A stretch of DNA of 64,000 nt from the human T2T-CHM13v2.0 reference genome, Homo sapiens. Location: the NCBI RefSeq assembly GCF_009914755.1, contig NC_060926.1; one strand, 5' to 3'. The notes below the pieces were generated by a model. That model was not told the DNA's origin and did no database searches. It saw only the letters and a program-made list of their open reading frames with translations. Both the position numbers and the translations under genes were made by a program. Below are positions 27,501 through 40,116 of this stretch, piece after piece; position 1 is the stretch's first letter, and each line of letters starts with the position of its first letter.

Positions 27501-29098
27501 GACTACCTTTTAAAAGCCCTATGCTGCTGTTTTACAAGGCATAATAGACCAGCTCATTTGGTCAAAGCATTCTACATCATTAGTTTGAACTAACTTTTAC
27601 TGAAACAGCTACAGCATCAAAAGAGTTAAGGCAAATTGGAATTCATAGAAAAGGATAAGACACTTCACACTACGTTGAAAGAAAGACAGAAAGCTAAGAA
27701 AAGAGACACTGACGGCAACACTGAATTACAGCAACACTCGCACTGCAAGCACAGAACACCATGGGTGAAGTCGGACTATTTAAACTTCAGAAAGCCCATT
27801 TCATACAGCTGGAAAAAAAAACACAAATTAAACACAAAATGAACAAAACCACAAAAATCCGGTCATGCACTTGGATAAGTCTTCATGGTCTTTGTGCATA
27901 CCCAGAAAATTGAAGTTTTCTTTTCTTTTTTTTTTTTTCTTTTTTTGCATCATAACATTTGATAAAAATCTTTTGTTTTTGTTTTTTGTTTTTTTTTTTT
28001 TACTAAAATAAACCTGTTCGGGGGAACAGCTACTAGATGAATTTAAGGGTTTTATGCACCTTATAGAACTTATAGCAAAAATAGTTTTAGTTGATTTCAT
28101 TATAAATAACGTTTTCAAGAACCTGTGCAAAACTGTCAATAATTTCCTAAAGCACAATTGATCAGAAAAATCCATGATTGTTCAGCCTTCACACCCTTCT
28201 TCATGTAAGAACACCTTTCTGTACATCTGGAAGAGAAAAATAAAAGACAAATGCTTTTGTAGATTTGGTGTGAAACACTACAGAGCTTTGTAATCTGTTT
28301 CTTGTTTTAAAGAGATATGTGTTTGAAAAAGGTTATGCTCATCACTGATGGTAGACTGATAAATGCAGACTCTGGAACTGATGGTTACTTTCAATGCCTG
28401 TCACATCCAGGACTTGCAAAATACTTTCTTTTCTAATTTAGAGCCAAATTCATTTGGGTCTCTAAAGAGTGACTTTATGAAATCAAAAATACATGTTATC
28501 ACCAGGGCAATCCAGAAACCAAGGTATTCTATATCACCAGGGCAATGCAGAAACCAGGGTATTCTAAGTTCTACACAGCTATTTTATTACAGTCTGCATG
28601 GTAAAGTGAAAAGTTTTGAAATTTGTGGTTCAAGTGAGAGTTGGAAATATAATCTTTCAATCTAAGGATATTGACATTTATCTAAATTCATAATCAAGAT
28701 GTTGCTAAACTTGTAATGCTAGATTGAGCAACATCTTATGCTATAGGTCCTCCAGTTTCTGAGTATTAAAGTAATATGATATAGGATACTTGTATTATAG
28801 AACAATTTTGGTTCTTGGTGTTCTCTGATGTTACAGATTTTTATTTTTTTCTTTTTAGTGGGGAGAGTATACATTTGGCTTCAGTATAAAGCATTCTCTT
28901 TAGACAAAATGATTAATCTTAAATTCATAAAATCACTGATTTTAATATTTCAACAAGACTAGATGCCTTGGCCACGATTAAAGCAGTATGATAAAATCCG
29001 AGTTATCCCAATCACCATTCTGATTTTAAAAAAAGCCCTATAGATTGTGCTTGATTTGAGCCCCCCAGTTATGAAGACCTTTCCCTCATACCTCACAG

Positions 29099-29176
29099 TT
29101 ACTTATTAGGTTGAAAGGTATATGGAGAATGGTCATTAGACGTCTCGACAGCCACCTGCTGTTGACCACTTGCCTC
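29099..29176 (-). CDS. RBMS1: RBMS1 exon 13 coding part: EASGQQQVAVETSNDHSPYTFQPNK* (exon extends to 29092)
   Basis: ttgtttgttgtag|GAGGCA acceptor; TAA at 29099-29101; donor CTGTGAG|gtatga 7 nt after the stop. Confidence 0.95.
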   Translation of the reverse strand, partial: EASGQQQVAVETSNDHSPYTFQPNK

Positions 29177-29421
29177 CTACAACAAACAAAGCAGAATGGA
29201 TGAGACATGTTAGTGAAAAAACCTCAGCTCTGCTACTTAGGCCCGACTGAATCCAACAGTGCCTTAAAAACAGTTACTCTTTAAAGTAAATTTCTTCACG
29301 TCATGTAGAGCTTTCAAGGTTAATCATTTCCCTAAGCAGCTGGCATGTCTAACAGACCCAAAGCACCTCCCATCCAAATGTTTATGACTTTCCTATTCTT
29401 ATCAAGCTACAGCATATCAAA

Positions 29422-29755
29422 CAAATCTCTTACCCTCTTATCCCCTGGGGACAGATGTGATTTGGAATTCAGTATTTTCAGATTTTATAATCTGAAATGT
29501 GGTATGCATATGCTGTATATCATTTAATGCCTCCAGTAGGGTCTAGGGCTGCACCTCATAAGCAAACATATTAATAGTTCTACACTGGAAGCCATGAAGC
29601 AGCACAGTTAAGTGGGATCAAGATTTTGTCTCATCTCAATTCAGGTTGAGTTTTGCCATAGGTCAGGTTTTATGCTAAAGTAGTTACAAAGATAATTTTT
29701 ATTTTCAGATTTCTTTTTGGGTTTCAGATTGCAGGTAAGGAATTGTAGGCTCTGG
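29422..29755. mobile_element. Probable old TcMar/Tigger-type MITE
   Basis: Degenerate inverted termini (ccctcttatcc ... ggtaaggaattgtaggctctg) and ttttcagattt motifs. Confidence 0.45.
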
Positions 29756-29794
29756 TAACTGTGGTTGTCAGTAATTGCACAAACAGAAGTAAAA

Positions 29795-29890
29795 TACTAC
29801 TACCACCACCACCACCACCACCACCAGCACCAACACCTACTACTACTACTACTGCTACTACTATCACCACCACCACCACCACCTCCACCA
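29795..29890 (+). repeat. Compound (TAC)n/(CAC)n trinucleotide repeat in RBMS1 intron 12
   Basis: tactactaccaccacc...ctactactact...caccaccacc read directly. Confidence 0.93.
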
Positions 29891-30397
29891 ACAGGCCAGA
29901 GTCCTATGATCCTTTCCTGGAATTGGAACCTTTGGGATCTGCCTAGTGGGCAAGATCAACTGGATTGATACATTTCCTTGAAATTTTAAGGATACTTTGC
30001 AGGAAAATGCCACGTTTTCTCTCTAACCATAATTCAAATGCTAGACTTCTTTCTTTCATATCAGTATCTTCCATAACAAGAACAGTTATCTAGCCATACT
30101 AACAGCCTCTGTAAAAACAGCTATAGCTTCTTCTTCATCCCTGTAGCAGTTTCAAAACAGCTTTCTCTTTTCCACTAAGTATCTTAACTACAACTGATTT
30201 CTTTTCGTCATTATTAATTATCATTGATACGATCTTTAGTACTGGGACTGCAAACTCCAGATTTATCTTATTATGTCTGTAGTATCATTTTATGAGAGAC
30301 AAGACAGAACGTCCGAGGGGTATGAAAGGCACTATAGGCTTAGAAAATATTTCTGGGAGTCTTAAGAGGTGTGGCCTGGATGTTGTTACCCTAATTT

Positions 30398-30648
30398 GTC
30401 ATGATCATAGCTCACTGTAGTCGCAAACTCCAGGGCTCAAGGGTTCTTCCTGCCTCATACTCCTGAGTAGCTGGGACTACAGGTCCATGTCACCATGTCT
30501 GGCCAATTTTCAAACAATTTTATTTTTTGTAGAGATGGGATCTCACTATGTTGCCCAGGCTGGTCTCTAACTCCTGACCATAAGCAATCCTCCCTCCTCA
30601 GCCTTCCAAAGTGTTGGACTTACAGGCATGACCCACCACATCTGGCTA
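30398..30648 (-). mobile_element. AluJ, partial
   Basis: tgatcatagctcactgtag...tttttgtagagatgggatctcactatgttgcccaggctggtc. Confidence 0.85.
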
Positions 30649-30764
30649 AACGCAATTCTTTATGCAAATATTTGACGTCTGGTAGATTTTTCTGAGTTCT
30701 ATTTAATTTACCCATTTCTGAAACTACTTATAGCCAGAATGGTCACTGGATGGTCTCTACCAAC

Positions 30765-30845
30765 CTCAACAGGAACCGCTGTCGTCTGCATATGTGCATA
30801 CTGTGGCAAGTAGGCTCCTTGCATAGCTGACGTTGCAGGCATGTA
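30765..30845 (-). CDS. RBMS1: RBMS1 exon 12 (81 nt): [27 protein letters not shown]
   Basis: ttcttctttctag|TACATG acceptor, GAG|gttggt donor. Confidence 0.95.
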
Positions 30846-32009
30846 CTAGAAAGAAGAATGAGGTCAGAATGGGCAATGGTAAACCATGCAAAATTTGGAG
30901 TACGTGGGGGGATTGTGAGATGGATATAATGTATTTGGAAATCTCAAAGAAGAAATTTAAATGGGCTACACCTCAAAGCTTAAATAGTGCATATAAATAT
31001 GTCATATGGAAGGTAAACTGTTTTCTACTTTTTGAATCTGCTAAACTAAAAATTCCACATTTCTTTGGATTTGCTAACAAAGTGAAGATAAAAAAAGTTT
31101 ATTATGGGTGAAGATAAAAAAGTTTGTCACTCTCAATAATTCAGTATCACTAATGTGTGATTTTAGAAGATCTCTCCTCAAAGGACCTCATTATTTTCTA
31201 GCAGCCCCCTAAACTAGTACCTAGTATTGTTTCTACAGGTAGAGCCCACAGGGGTAAGACTTATTAGACCTCTAACAGGTCACTGCAGATTAGGCAGCAG
31301 AGCCTGGCTTTTCTGACACTGACAGTCATCCTTTCCCAAAGGCAGGAGAAATTTCTAGTCAGTCTCATTGGATATGTGTGGCCCTGGCTTAGCCTTCACA
31401 AGAAACAGCTGTAGGTTTTGAGTGTATAAGGGGAAAACGCACCACCCTTTGTTCTTTTAAGCCACTATAGAATAGAGGCTAAATTAAAATCCTTTAGCCA
31501 TCTTACCAGCAAAATGCTAAGCATCAAATCTGGAAGCTGATCTGGTGCCAGCTCAACCTCATTACCCAAAGGAGTCCCCTGGACTTTGGTGAAATATTTC
31601 AATATTAAGACCATGATTCAATACTCCCAAACTCCATAAAAGAAGAAATAAGCGAGAAATAATTCCCTGCTTTTACCATCTTGTATTACCTTCGTCTTTC
31701 GCTTCATGACACTGCCACAGGGACAGTGGTACTAGTTATATAGATGACACTAGTCATAAAAGGCTAGATGTGGTCACGTGTGGGTGCTATATTCTCGTAA
31801 AGGAGAGATACCCAGAGAATAGACTTTCAGTTCATCAATTAATTAAGAAATAGCTGAGTATTTACTTTATGGAAGGTCATGTGGGGGGAAGAGAGGGGAT
31901 TAGACATAATCTGTTATCATAGAGGCTGTCATTTGATAGGGAAGATACAGGCTGCATTAATTTACCCTCCTCTGTTTACAGAGACACATGATAATTATTT
32001 GCCACCTAC

Positions 32010-32120
32010 TGTTCCGGTGCTGCCTAGTGACAGATGACTCATCTGCTGGGCCAGAGGGCTGATCATTGATGCGGGCTGTAGTGACATGGTGTGCTCCATT
32101 GAGGGAGTTAACACGGCACC
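32010..32120 (-). CDS. RBMS1: RBMS1 exon 11 (111 nt): [37 protein letters not shown]
   Basis: ctccaactccccag|GGTGCC acceptor, ACA|gtaggt donor. Confidence 0.95.
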
Positions 32121-34772
32121 CTGGGGAGTTGGAGACAGGAGCAAAATTAGACAAACTGAGGCAAGAGTTAAGATCCTGTAATTACTTTTTACAAAGGAAA
32201 TACCTTAGTTTGTTTAAGAATGTGAAGCAAAAACAACCTTCCTCAATCTTGCAAATGGCATCATAAACAGTTTCCTAAAAATCTTCTAAATTGCTCTTCC
32301 TGAGAGTTTTTTAAGAGCGTTAGGGGAAATGATATCTTGGCATTCACTTCACAACAATCCCTGTATTAAAGCCAGTGTCCCTCTTCTCCTTCCCTTTCCC
32401 TTCACTTCCAGTAACTGGAAGCAAGCTAGTCCAGCAGGAGGAGCTATCATAGGAAAAACAAACTGATTATCACTGCCTGCCTAGGGTTACAAAATGCTTT
32501 CTTAAAAAAAAATCTGGAAAAAAAAGGCAGTTGATGTTTTCTCCAGTCACCAAACAATGTATTATATTTAATAAGATCAATATAGTATTTTGTTTAACAA
32601 TGTTCTATCCAGATAATCGTCTGGTTCAAGATCAGGTTGTTAGGATCAAGAGCACATTTCTTCATTCACTCAGTGTTTCTCAGAACTTTAAGTTACATTT
32701 TGGTGCCTGGGAGGGAAGGCAATTCAGATATGATTAATAATCTGAGTCCAGATTCTTTTATTTAATTTGAAAAAATGTTAGTCATTAAAATCAAATTAAA
32801 TATATTTAGGAAAATAGGAGGGAAAAAAAAAACAATTGCTTCTAACTCAGCCAGTCTAATACAACCACTGTTAGCAATGTCAGGGTACTACTGCCAGATC
32901 ATAGCCTCTGTGTGTTTCTGTACAGGTTCAATCAGAGCACATCAACAACTTCATATCCTGGGATTTTGCTCTTAACTTTGCATTCTATTCTAACCATTTA
33001 CCTAGCTTGTTGAAAAACTATCATTATCATCATTTTTTTAAATGGTTACATTGATTGTATAAACCAAAATTCAATGAACTCTTTATTTTTGGACTTTTGC
33101 AATCACCTCATTATCTGAGAATGCAAGTATTCTGACACGCTCTATAACTACTAATGTATGTTTTGTTATCACTGTACCTGGCATCCCTTAAATACAACTG
33201 TTATTTATTGATAATTAGATAGACAATCTAGGACAGAGTTAGGTGTACAGGAACTTTAATTCTGATGTAAATCAGGCAGTTTAAAGCTGGGTGGGGAAAG
33301 GTAATGAATCCTCAGATAGCAACCTTCTGCTTACATTCCTAATGTCTCCTCAAAGATGTTAAGCTCAGATACGTGCAGTCTTTTTCTCAAATGTTGCCAA
33401 AAAGAAAAAAAGATATAGATGTGTGTCAGAGATAATGTTTGTCATTAATACATTCTGTTAGAAATTTTTTTTTTAACATGCATCATCAAAAAGCAAGTGG
33501 TAACACGGAAATGACTCAGAAGCCTAGAAGATGGTGGAGCAGTTTCCTGCTCCTTTTTCTCATTCATTGGCACCATCTGTAATAGGAAGTCCTCAAATTC
33601 AAAGCAGGCTGATTTCCAAGCATTCCAAAATAGGGTAGCATGGAGTATCAGGGACACAGATTGCTATGGGCATGTGTGGATCAGTGCATGTATATTATGT
33701 ACACATGTACAGGTAAGTGTGGGTTTGAAGATGTGTCTATGTATGTGCACATGTATAGATCTATATGTATGTGTATATATCACACAAAACGTATACATAT
33801 ATCAGAGCGCGCCTCTCCTATTTCATCACCTAAACATGTTTTATCTGCTTCTTAAAGGTCATCTCAGCAATTTCTCATTCAGAACCTGTTATCCCTGGAT
33901 TGCTATTTCATATACATGGTCTTACATCGCAGTATCCACTTTAAAAGGTATCCGAAGACAAATTGCTGTCTGAACATAAGGCCAAGAATACAGTTCTTTT
34001 TCTAAGCAACCAAATCTGTTTTTATTTTACACATATTGTGAACTGTATTGCTTACCAGGATTCCCATTTTGCATCAGTTACTAGAAAGCTTAGAGCCAAA
34101 TTTGTGATTTTCTCATGTGAGCATGCAGGGTCATTGTGTTGGACATCCTTAGCCTTATTGTAACTTTGTTCTCCATATGTATTTTTAAATTTTCAAACCC
34201 TTCTTCCACAAACTAGATCTTATGTGTCTTTGAAAAACACATGAAATACACTATATAAGTATAACTCATTCAATTTAAAAAAATGTAATATATATGAATG
34301 CTCACGTCATTAAGAAATCACATTTGTTATTTACCAAATAATGTGCTACCACTTTAGTATTTATAATCTCCATAGAAAGGCCAAGTAACACTGATGAAAA
34401 TCTTCATCTCGGTTTTGAACTTTATATCTGCATTAAACAGAATGTAAAAAATGAGAGCGGTTTTATCCCAAGTACTATTAAAAATGTAGCCTCTCATTTG
34501 AATGATCTCTAAAGAGCTGGTATGAATAAGAAAATGGTGCCCTGCCTCAAATATGATATATTTTAAGTTCTTATAGAAAATGTAACTTAATATCTTCTAC
34601 CAAGTTGTTTTATAAGGATGAGAAGAAGTTTTATAATGAAATTGTACATTCTCATATTCCATGTTTAAAATTTCCCAAATCCTATACCACCCTTGGCAAA
34701 TGGTTTTAACCTAGAGAGAATATACACATAACTTACTTGTAAAACACAAAGTCATTAAGATAAAAAACTTAC

Positions 34773-34823
34773 AGGGTGCTGTAGAATATATGGTTGAGGT
34801 TGCATCCACGAAGGACTTTGCAC
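34773..34823 (-). CDS. RBMS1: RBMS1 exon 10 (51 nt): VQSPSWMQPQPYILQHP
   Basis: ccccttttctag|GTGCAA acceptor, CCT|gtaagt donor. Confidence 0.95.
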
Positions 34824-35715
34824 CTAGAAAAGGGAGGATTTTGAAAGAAATATTGATTTTCATTGTAAAGCTTACCTATTTCTTTAGAACTCTTTTTAAT
34901 CATGTTAAAAATCTACAGAAAGAAAACAAGGAAACAATACTATCAATGATTAAAAAGATTAAGGCAGTTAGAATTCTTGGCAAACTGGTCACTCTGAACA
35001 GGATGAAATGATTATTTAGAAACAATTTCTATTTGCCCACTCAAGAAGTAATTGTTGAGTATCAGGCAACAAAGAGAAAAAGGCGAAACAGACTGGGCCC
35101 CACCCTCAAGAAATTTACTATCTATGCAAGGGAGATAAACACAGCAACAACTCAAATAGTGAAAAGTGTTAACAATCAAGGTATGAACTAGGTGCTTTAG
35201 AATTACAGATGAATGACGATTAATTCCAGCACATCTTATTAGAAGCTAACCCTTAAAGTATGTGCTTATTTAATACAAAAAACCAAATTCAATTTCTCTT
35301 TCATATCTAGGACATTAATTTTAGAAATCTTGTATTGTGGTTAACAATTTCTACTTAGTGCAGAAAATAAAAATCTGAAATTCAGATTAAGGAAATTAAA
35401 CTTCAGTAACTAGATTTTGACATCTACAGTCAAATGGGCATCCACACAGTAGACCCTCTGAATTGAGAAATAGATGTGAGAGTCAGGTTTTGTGGCAGGA
35501 AAGAAAGCATGTGTAGTCTGCCACTCAAGAGAAAAACATATCAGCCCATTTCTTGATGCCCAGAGCTTTCCAGAGTCTAAGTAATTTTATTAAGTTTCAG
35601 TTTCCAATTCTTAACAACAAAACCCTCCTGCATTTTATCCCCTATTGTTAACTTCAGAGGTTCAACAGAGAGGATATGGGGAAGAGTCATGGGGGAAGAA
35701 TGTATTGCGATTTAC

Positions 35716-35763
35716 CTTGATAGCAGAGCCCCGATACTTGTTTTCTCTGGTTTCCTTTGCCAC
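35716..35763 (-). CDS. RBMS1: RBMS1 alternative 48-nt cassette exon: VAKETRENKYRGSAIK
   Basis: tctgccttag|GTGGCA acceptor, AAG|gtaaat donor. Phase 0-0 and stop-free. Matches a 16-aa insert I recall in some MSSP/RBMS1 isoforms. Confidence 0.8.
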
Positions 35764-36174
35764 CTAAGGCAGACCAAAGTTAAGTGCTTCTGCCTTGTTA
35801 ACATTTCAGTTATCTGGACTGTAGCCTTTCCCCATTGGGGTTGGTGGTTTCTTGCAGCTGCCAATTTCTCAAATCCAATTGCATAAGCTTATGGTGGTTT
35901 AGTGGAGAAAGGCCCACTCCAACATGAGTGCAGGGCCCTCACTGGATATATGATGGGAAGGCAAACAACTCCCTACAGACCCTAATTTGGGCCAGATGCC
36001 CCCATTTTTTATATGCTTCAGTGGTCTTAATAATCTAATAGCTTATAGCATTACAGGATTAGGGAACTATGACATCTAATTTTCTTTCTTAAGCAGCAAA
36101 TCAGCTGCTGTCAATTTCTATTCCTCAATTTTCTAATTATAAAATGGGAATAATAATGTTTTGTAAACTCTTTA

Positions 36175-36362
36175 CTATTGGTTCTTAACCTCTTTAGGGT
36201 CATGGAGCCCTCTGAAAACCTAATTAGGGAAATAGAACATTTTTCCCCACTTAATTGCACACACACAAGCAACATTTTGCAAACAACTTAAGGAGTCACA
36301 GATCACTTAAAGCTCATCCACTGACCCTACTAGGTCCCTGAACTTATGTAGTTAAAAATCAG
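36175..36362. mobile_element. hAT-Charlie MITE (MER5/MER117-like)
   Basis: ggttcttaacc...gggtcatggagccctctgaaaa... gttaaaaatc termini. Confidence 0.55.
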
Positions 36363-38233
36363 TCTTTGAGGCTATGGCACCGAGTGTCAGGCAATGCAAT
36401 GAAATTCCATATGTATCTTAGAGAAATACAGAATGCCCAGGAGAGGAAATAAGGCCTCTGAAATAATATGTTATTTCTAGTTAGCTATATCAAATCTATT
36501 ACTGACACAGATCTCCTAATTTTTATTGTACAAAATGGTTCTGTGGCCAAATGCACACTGGTTTTATATTATAAGAGGGAAAAAGAGGTGTTGGAGAAAT
36601 GTGTTAATAGCTGTAATATCTATAGCAACATAAATTCAAATTAATACTTACAACCTTTCATTTGCCTGAGAATAACTTACACTTGCCCCTATTTTCAGTG
36701 ACATATAAATGACAGAGGTTTCCAAGTTCAGACAGTTAAGAAAGACTACCTTTTCATAGCAGACACATGAATTGTTAATTAGGGAAGTGCACTAGAGCAG
36801 ATCTCACTGAGTCTTATACAGTCAAAGAAAGGATAGGAATCCTAAATCCAAAACAACTAAAGAGGCATTAAATTAGTCAATACTACGCCCAGCAGAATGA
36901 AGCACCAGAATAAGTAACATAAGAACCCAGAGAGAAAAAAGAAAAGAAAACGAGTGACAACTCAGGGAAAGGAGGCTGTAAGAGCCTAGAAGCATAGGAG
37001 ACTGTGAATGATAATGCCAATCCTCAGTTTTAGCGTATCTAATCACTTCTGTTATTCAAAACCATTTTTATGTTTTTAGGCAGAATTAGTTATATGACAT
37101 TGCTTATGTTGGCCAATTCATTATTTAAACGTATAACTAATATACTCTTATTATCAGCCACCTAATCATGCATATTAATGATAATAATCATAGCTAACAT
37201 TAACTGAGTGATAATGATATGTGAGGTCCTTGGCTGGGCTCTTTATACAGTCTCATTTGGTTTTCATAATTCTCTCAAGCCTATGAGATAGAAACTATTA
37301 TTATCCCCATTTTAAAGATGAGGAAACTGAGGCTTATAGAAGTTAAAATAACACAACTATTAGATTACATATTGTAGTCCTCTAACCCCAGAAATTAGGA
37401 CTACAACATCTAATTCAATTGTTTTAAAATCAAGAATACACAAAAATTTAGTCACACAGGATCCTGATGGTCAACAAAAGGGAACTCTGCTCCCACATGT
37501 CTGCAACTGAACTCCATTATAAGGTTCCTATCTGGGTCCAGGAAGTAATCCTGTTAGAGGTTTTCTGACACAGGAGGAGAAATGCATGTACACTACTGGG
37601 TTCATGGCGGACAGGAGCTACCTTTGCATTAAAATCAAATCAAATCTTGAAATACAAGACATTTCAAGAGTTTTTGTTGCTAAGTTGGGAATTTATTTTA
37701 AGGTAAAGCCTCCTCACTTAACCTAAACAGGAAGTCACCTTTTTGCTTTTATATTTTTACCTCAAATGTCAGCTGCATTGCTCACTTAATGCTACCTACT
37801 AGAGACACATCTTTATGTATTACCATGTTTATACTTGTTCTTTTATCAGTTCCTGCTGAAGAATAAACAAAAGCAAGGGTACACACCTATTCTGTATTAT
37901 ATCTAACGGCAATTATCTTAAGTTTCAATTTTTGGGACACATGGTGTCCAAAAGCAGGGCCCCTTGGTGAAGGAAGTGTTTGGGTTCATTCCAATCCAAA
38001 ATGCTATGATTCCAAGGACTGACCACTGACAAACATTTTCCTTTGCTTTACATTCTCCTATACATAAATTGCTCTGCCAAATACAAAGCAGCTCATACTA
38101 AATTGGGTATCCAAGCTGCATAATATTTGACTCAAATTTCATAAACGCTCAAAATTTTAAGACACATAAAAATGTAGCAGAGATTCATGGTCCGCAAGTG
38201 GTTATACTGCTGACGAATCCTAAAGGTACAAAC

Positions 38234-38327
38234 CTGGTAGGCAGATACAGGAGATGCAATATAGGGTGTAATAGAAGTTTGAGTGATCATTCGGTTTGTA
38301 GCAATACTGTATGGTGAAGGATAAAAT
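38234..38327 (-). CDS. RBMS1: RBMS1 exon 9 (94 nt): (G)[31 protein letters not shown]
   Basis: tttgttctag|ATTTTAT acceptor, CAG|gtttgt donor. 126-nt intron to exon 8. Confidence 0.95.
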
Positions 38328-38453
38328 CTAGAACAAACACAAAAGCCTTTATTAAGTAATCCTTTAAATAGAATAATTCATGGAACAAATGTCTGATATT
38401 TTCCACCTTCACATTTTCCCTCAAGCCATTATGGATTTATTTTAACGACATAC

Positions 38454-38503
38454 CCGTTCTGTATAGCAGCTGTAGTTGGGTCGTAAGTAAGTGTCATTCC
38501 AGC
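38454..38503 (-). CDS. RBMS1: RBMS1 exon 8 (50 nt): AGMTLTYDPTTAAIQN(G)
   Basis: ctttctctttcccatag|GCTGGA acceptor, ACGG|gtatgt donor. Confidence 0.95.
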
Positions 38504-38567
38504 CTATGGGAAAGAGAAAGAAATATAAACATTCATCTAGAAAGGCATGATTTAAAAATTCTATTTT

Positions 38568-38729
38568 TAGCCAGGTGTGGTGGTGTGCACCTGTAGTCCC
38601 AGCTGCTGGGGAGGCTGAGGTGGGAAGATCCTTTTGAAGCCCAGGAGTTCGAGGCTGTAGTTAGCTATGATTACATCACTGCACTCCAGCCTGGGCAACA
38701 GAAGGAGACCCCTGTCTCTTAAAAAAAAA
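38568..38729 (+). mobile_element. Alu right monomer (FRAM/AluJ)
   Basis: tagccaggtgtggtggtgtgcacctgtagtcccagc...gcactccagcctgggcaacaga + A tail. Confidence 0.85.
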
Positions 38730-38829
38730 GGGGAGGGAGGGGAATTTGTACTTAGAGTCTAGTAGCATTTGATAAAATTGGGAGTTTCTGTTAGTCAAAA
38801 TGACTATAAATATGAAAATTAATCTCTGG

Positions 38830-39010
38830 ACCTGCACTGTCCCATGTGATAGTCATAAGCCACATGCAGCTATTTAAAACTACATAAAAAATCAATCTCT
38901 CTAGCATACTAGCTACGTTTCAAGTGCTCAGAGAGCCACCTGTGGCTGGTGGCTGTTATTGGACAGTGCAGATTCTAGAACATTTTCCCTAGACATTCTT
39001 GGATCAATAT
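38830..39010. mobile_element. MER3-like hAT-Charlie element
   Basis: tttcaagtgctcagagagccacctgtggctggtggct...ttggacagtgcagattctagaacatt. Confidence 0.7.
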
Positions 39011-39236
39011 GTTATTGTTTTTAAAATAATAATTCATGGAAAGTCAATACAGGGAAATGGACGTCCAACATTTTATTACGAAATTGAGAGTTTTAATTAA
39101 AAAAAAAACTATTCAAAAGAGAGGTGAAAAAAACCCCAACTCAGTGATAAATGTACTATTTATATATAAATATTTAGATTATTATTTAGGATAACTTCTA
39201 AATATTATAAATATAAACCCCTCTAAGAAACCATGC

Positions 39237-40116
<880 letters not shown>

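Larger units (their letters stand above)
25615..28226 (-). other. RBMS1: RBMS1 exon 14, non-coding 3'UTR exon (~2.6 kb)
   Basis: Strong acceptor tttttctcttccag|ATGTACAG at 28226. AU-rich and free of interspersed repeats, ending after AATAAA. Confidence 0.88.

Noticed and set aside
29761-29968. Poly-Pro/Thr and poly-His/Leu ORFs
   Set aside because: Reading frames through an intronic trinucleotide repeat, antisense to RBMS1.
38328-38453. In-frame retention of the 126-nt intron 8
   Set aside because: Length is a multiple of 3 but an in-frame TAA appears within the first 10 codons.
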